From the sequence record DRR723986_27055: a DNA stretch of 37,438 bases; one strand, given 5' to 3'. The notes beneath the pieces were generated by a model. It searched no databases and was not told the DNA's origin. It saw only the letters and a list, made by a program, of their open reading frames with translations. The position numbers and the translations under genes were made by a program. This document shows, in pieces, positions 36,701-37,438 of the stretch; position 1 is the stretch's first letter, and the number at the start of each line of letters is the position of its first letter.

Positions 36701-37438
36701 AATATTGAGAATAATCTTTTCCCTGCTAAGAACCCTTACAGAGATGAGAGTAATTACAATGTTCCTGAAGAGGCTAACCTTATTTCTGACATCGTTCTTG
36801 ACGATTGGACCAATGATCCTCATACCAATGAGTTGATTGCTCAATTGGTGAAAAACTTCATTAATTCGAGAAATGAAATTGCAGGTACATTCAAGCGTGA
36901 AAGATTTACACTTGAAGTAGGTGACGAACTTCCTGCAGGTATCGTACAGCTTGCCAAAGTTTACATCGCTAAAAAGCGCAAGCTTAAAGTTGGTGATAAG
37001 ATGGCGGGGCGTCACGGTAACAAAGGTATAGTAGCAAGAATCGTAAGAGACGAGGATATGCCGTTCCTTGAGGATGGAACTCCAATGGATATCGTATTGA
37101 ATCCACTGGGTGTACCTTCTCGTATGAACATCGGGCAGATCTTCGAAACTGTATTGGCTTGGGCTGGTCAGAAACTGGATAAGAAATATGCTACTCCAAT
37201 CTTTGATGGTGCTTCCATGGAAGAAGTATCTCACGAATTGGAATTGGCAGGGCTGCCAGCTTATGGTCGTACCTACTTATACGATGGACTTTCTGGTGTG
37301 AAATTCGATCAGCCAATTACAGTAGGTATCGCATACATGCTGAAGCTTGGTCACTTAGTAGATGATAAGATGCACGCACGTTCAATCGGTCCATACTCAT
37401 TGATCACGCAGCAACCATTGGGTGGTAAAGCCCAGTTT
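33791..37438 (+). CDS. rpoB: DNA-directed RNA polymerase beta subunit (3' truncated by the window edge)
   Basis: TTG start gives [28 protein letters not shown]. In-frame motifs [51 protein letters not shown] and [22 protein letters not shown]. Missing from the ORF track because it has no stop inside the window. Confidence 0.98.
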   Translation, partial: MAIKNQTERKSFSSIKVVKTYPDFLDIQLQSFKDFFQLDTPAEKRRADGLFKVFAENFPISDSRENFTLEFIDYAVDPPKYSVGECIDRGLTYSVPLKAKLRLLCHDEDNEDFETIEQEVFLGNLPYMTEKGSFVINGAERVIVSQLHRSPGVFFAQSKHTNGTKLYSARIIPFKGSWIEFATDINNVMYAYIDRKKKFPVTTLLRSIGYGSDKDILDLFGLSEEVNATKTAMKKVAGRKLAARVLRTWVEDFVDEDTGEVVSIDRNEVLLERDTVLTDEDIEMILDSGSKSIILHREDVNVADYSIIYNTLQKDSSNSEKEAVEVIYRQLRNTEAPDESTAREVIHSLFFSDKRYDLGEVGRYRINKKLGLDIDSEKIVLTKEDIINIVKYLIGLINSKAVVDDIDHLSNRRVRTVGEQLYSQFGVGLARMARTIRERMNVRDNEDFKPVDLINARTLSSVINSFFGTNQLSQFMDQTNPLAELTHKRRLSALGPGGLSRERAGFEVRDVHYTHYGRLCTIETPEGPNIGLISSLCVHAKVNSMGFLETPYRKVKDGKASMKAEDVLFLTAEEEDDHNIAQANAPLDENGKFINEKVKARFEGDFPVLEPSEISYMDVAPNQIVSVAASLIPFLEHDDANRALMGSNMQRQAVPLLKAEAPIVGTGLEAKAAVDSRSLIIAEASGVVDYVDAKKIVIKYDLSDDELLVNFTDEYKSYDLIKFRRTNQDTTINLTPLVLKGQKVKKGQVLVEGYSTNNGELALGKNLKVAYMPWQGYNFEDAIVISERVVREDIFTSIHVEEFQLEVRDTKRGEEELTSEIPNVSEEAVKNLDEHGIIAIGAEVKEGDIIIGKITPKGETDPTPEEKLLRAIFGDKAGDVKDASLKASPSLNGVVIETKLFARPKKDKDVRAKAKAEVEKLKARYSKDLLGIRARMINKMVTILDGKTSQGVKHKFGDEIITKGQKFNQKNIENNLFPAKNPYRDESNYNVPEEANLISDIVLDDWTNDPHTNELIAQLVKNFINSRNEIAGTFKRERFTLEVGDELPAGIVQLAKVYIAKKRKLKVGDKMAGRHGNKGIVARIVRDEDMPFLEDGTPMDIVLNPLGVPSRMNIGQIFETVLAWAGQKLDKKYATPIFDGASMEEVSHELELAGLPAYGRTYLYDGLSGVKFDQPITVGIAYMLKLGHLVDDKMHARSIGPYSLITQQPLGGKAQF

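Noticed and set aside
34002-37234. Antisense ORFs inside rpoB, including the 258-aa ORF 36458..37234
   Set aside because: Shadow frames of a highly conserved, codon-biased gene, with no recognisable protein features.

Overview
Bacteroidota window, probably Cytophagales/Cyclobacteriaceae. This is inferred from the SusC/SusD pair, TAnnTTTG promoters, A-rich translation starts and gene content. From left to right it holds: (1) a small accessory module with an unannotated signal-peptide-bearing six-Cys peptide ORF interrupted by an in-frame TGA, a 6-bladed beta-propeller-type lipoprotein and a second lipoprotein; (2) GH15, an amidase and a fused trehalose-6-phosphate synthase/phosphatase, with REP-like palindromes in the spacers; (3) a 13 kb minus-strand locus of SusC, SusD, a lipoprotein, two FG-GAP/ASPIC-UnbV proteins and a vanadium haloperoxidase/PAP2 enzyme, with no CAZyme and a LacI-type operator upstream; (4) a DUF5686-type protein, frr, pyrH, a biotin carrier protein and an M1 aminopeptidase; (5) the core cluster tRNA-Tyr/Gly/Thr, tuf, tRNA-Trp, secE, nusG, rplKAJL and rpoB (partial), with a degenerate, hairpin-interrupted copy of the tRNA-Gly 5' half just ahead of the real tRNA-Gly. 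Family assignments come from motif recognition by eye; no database searches were run.
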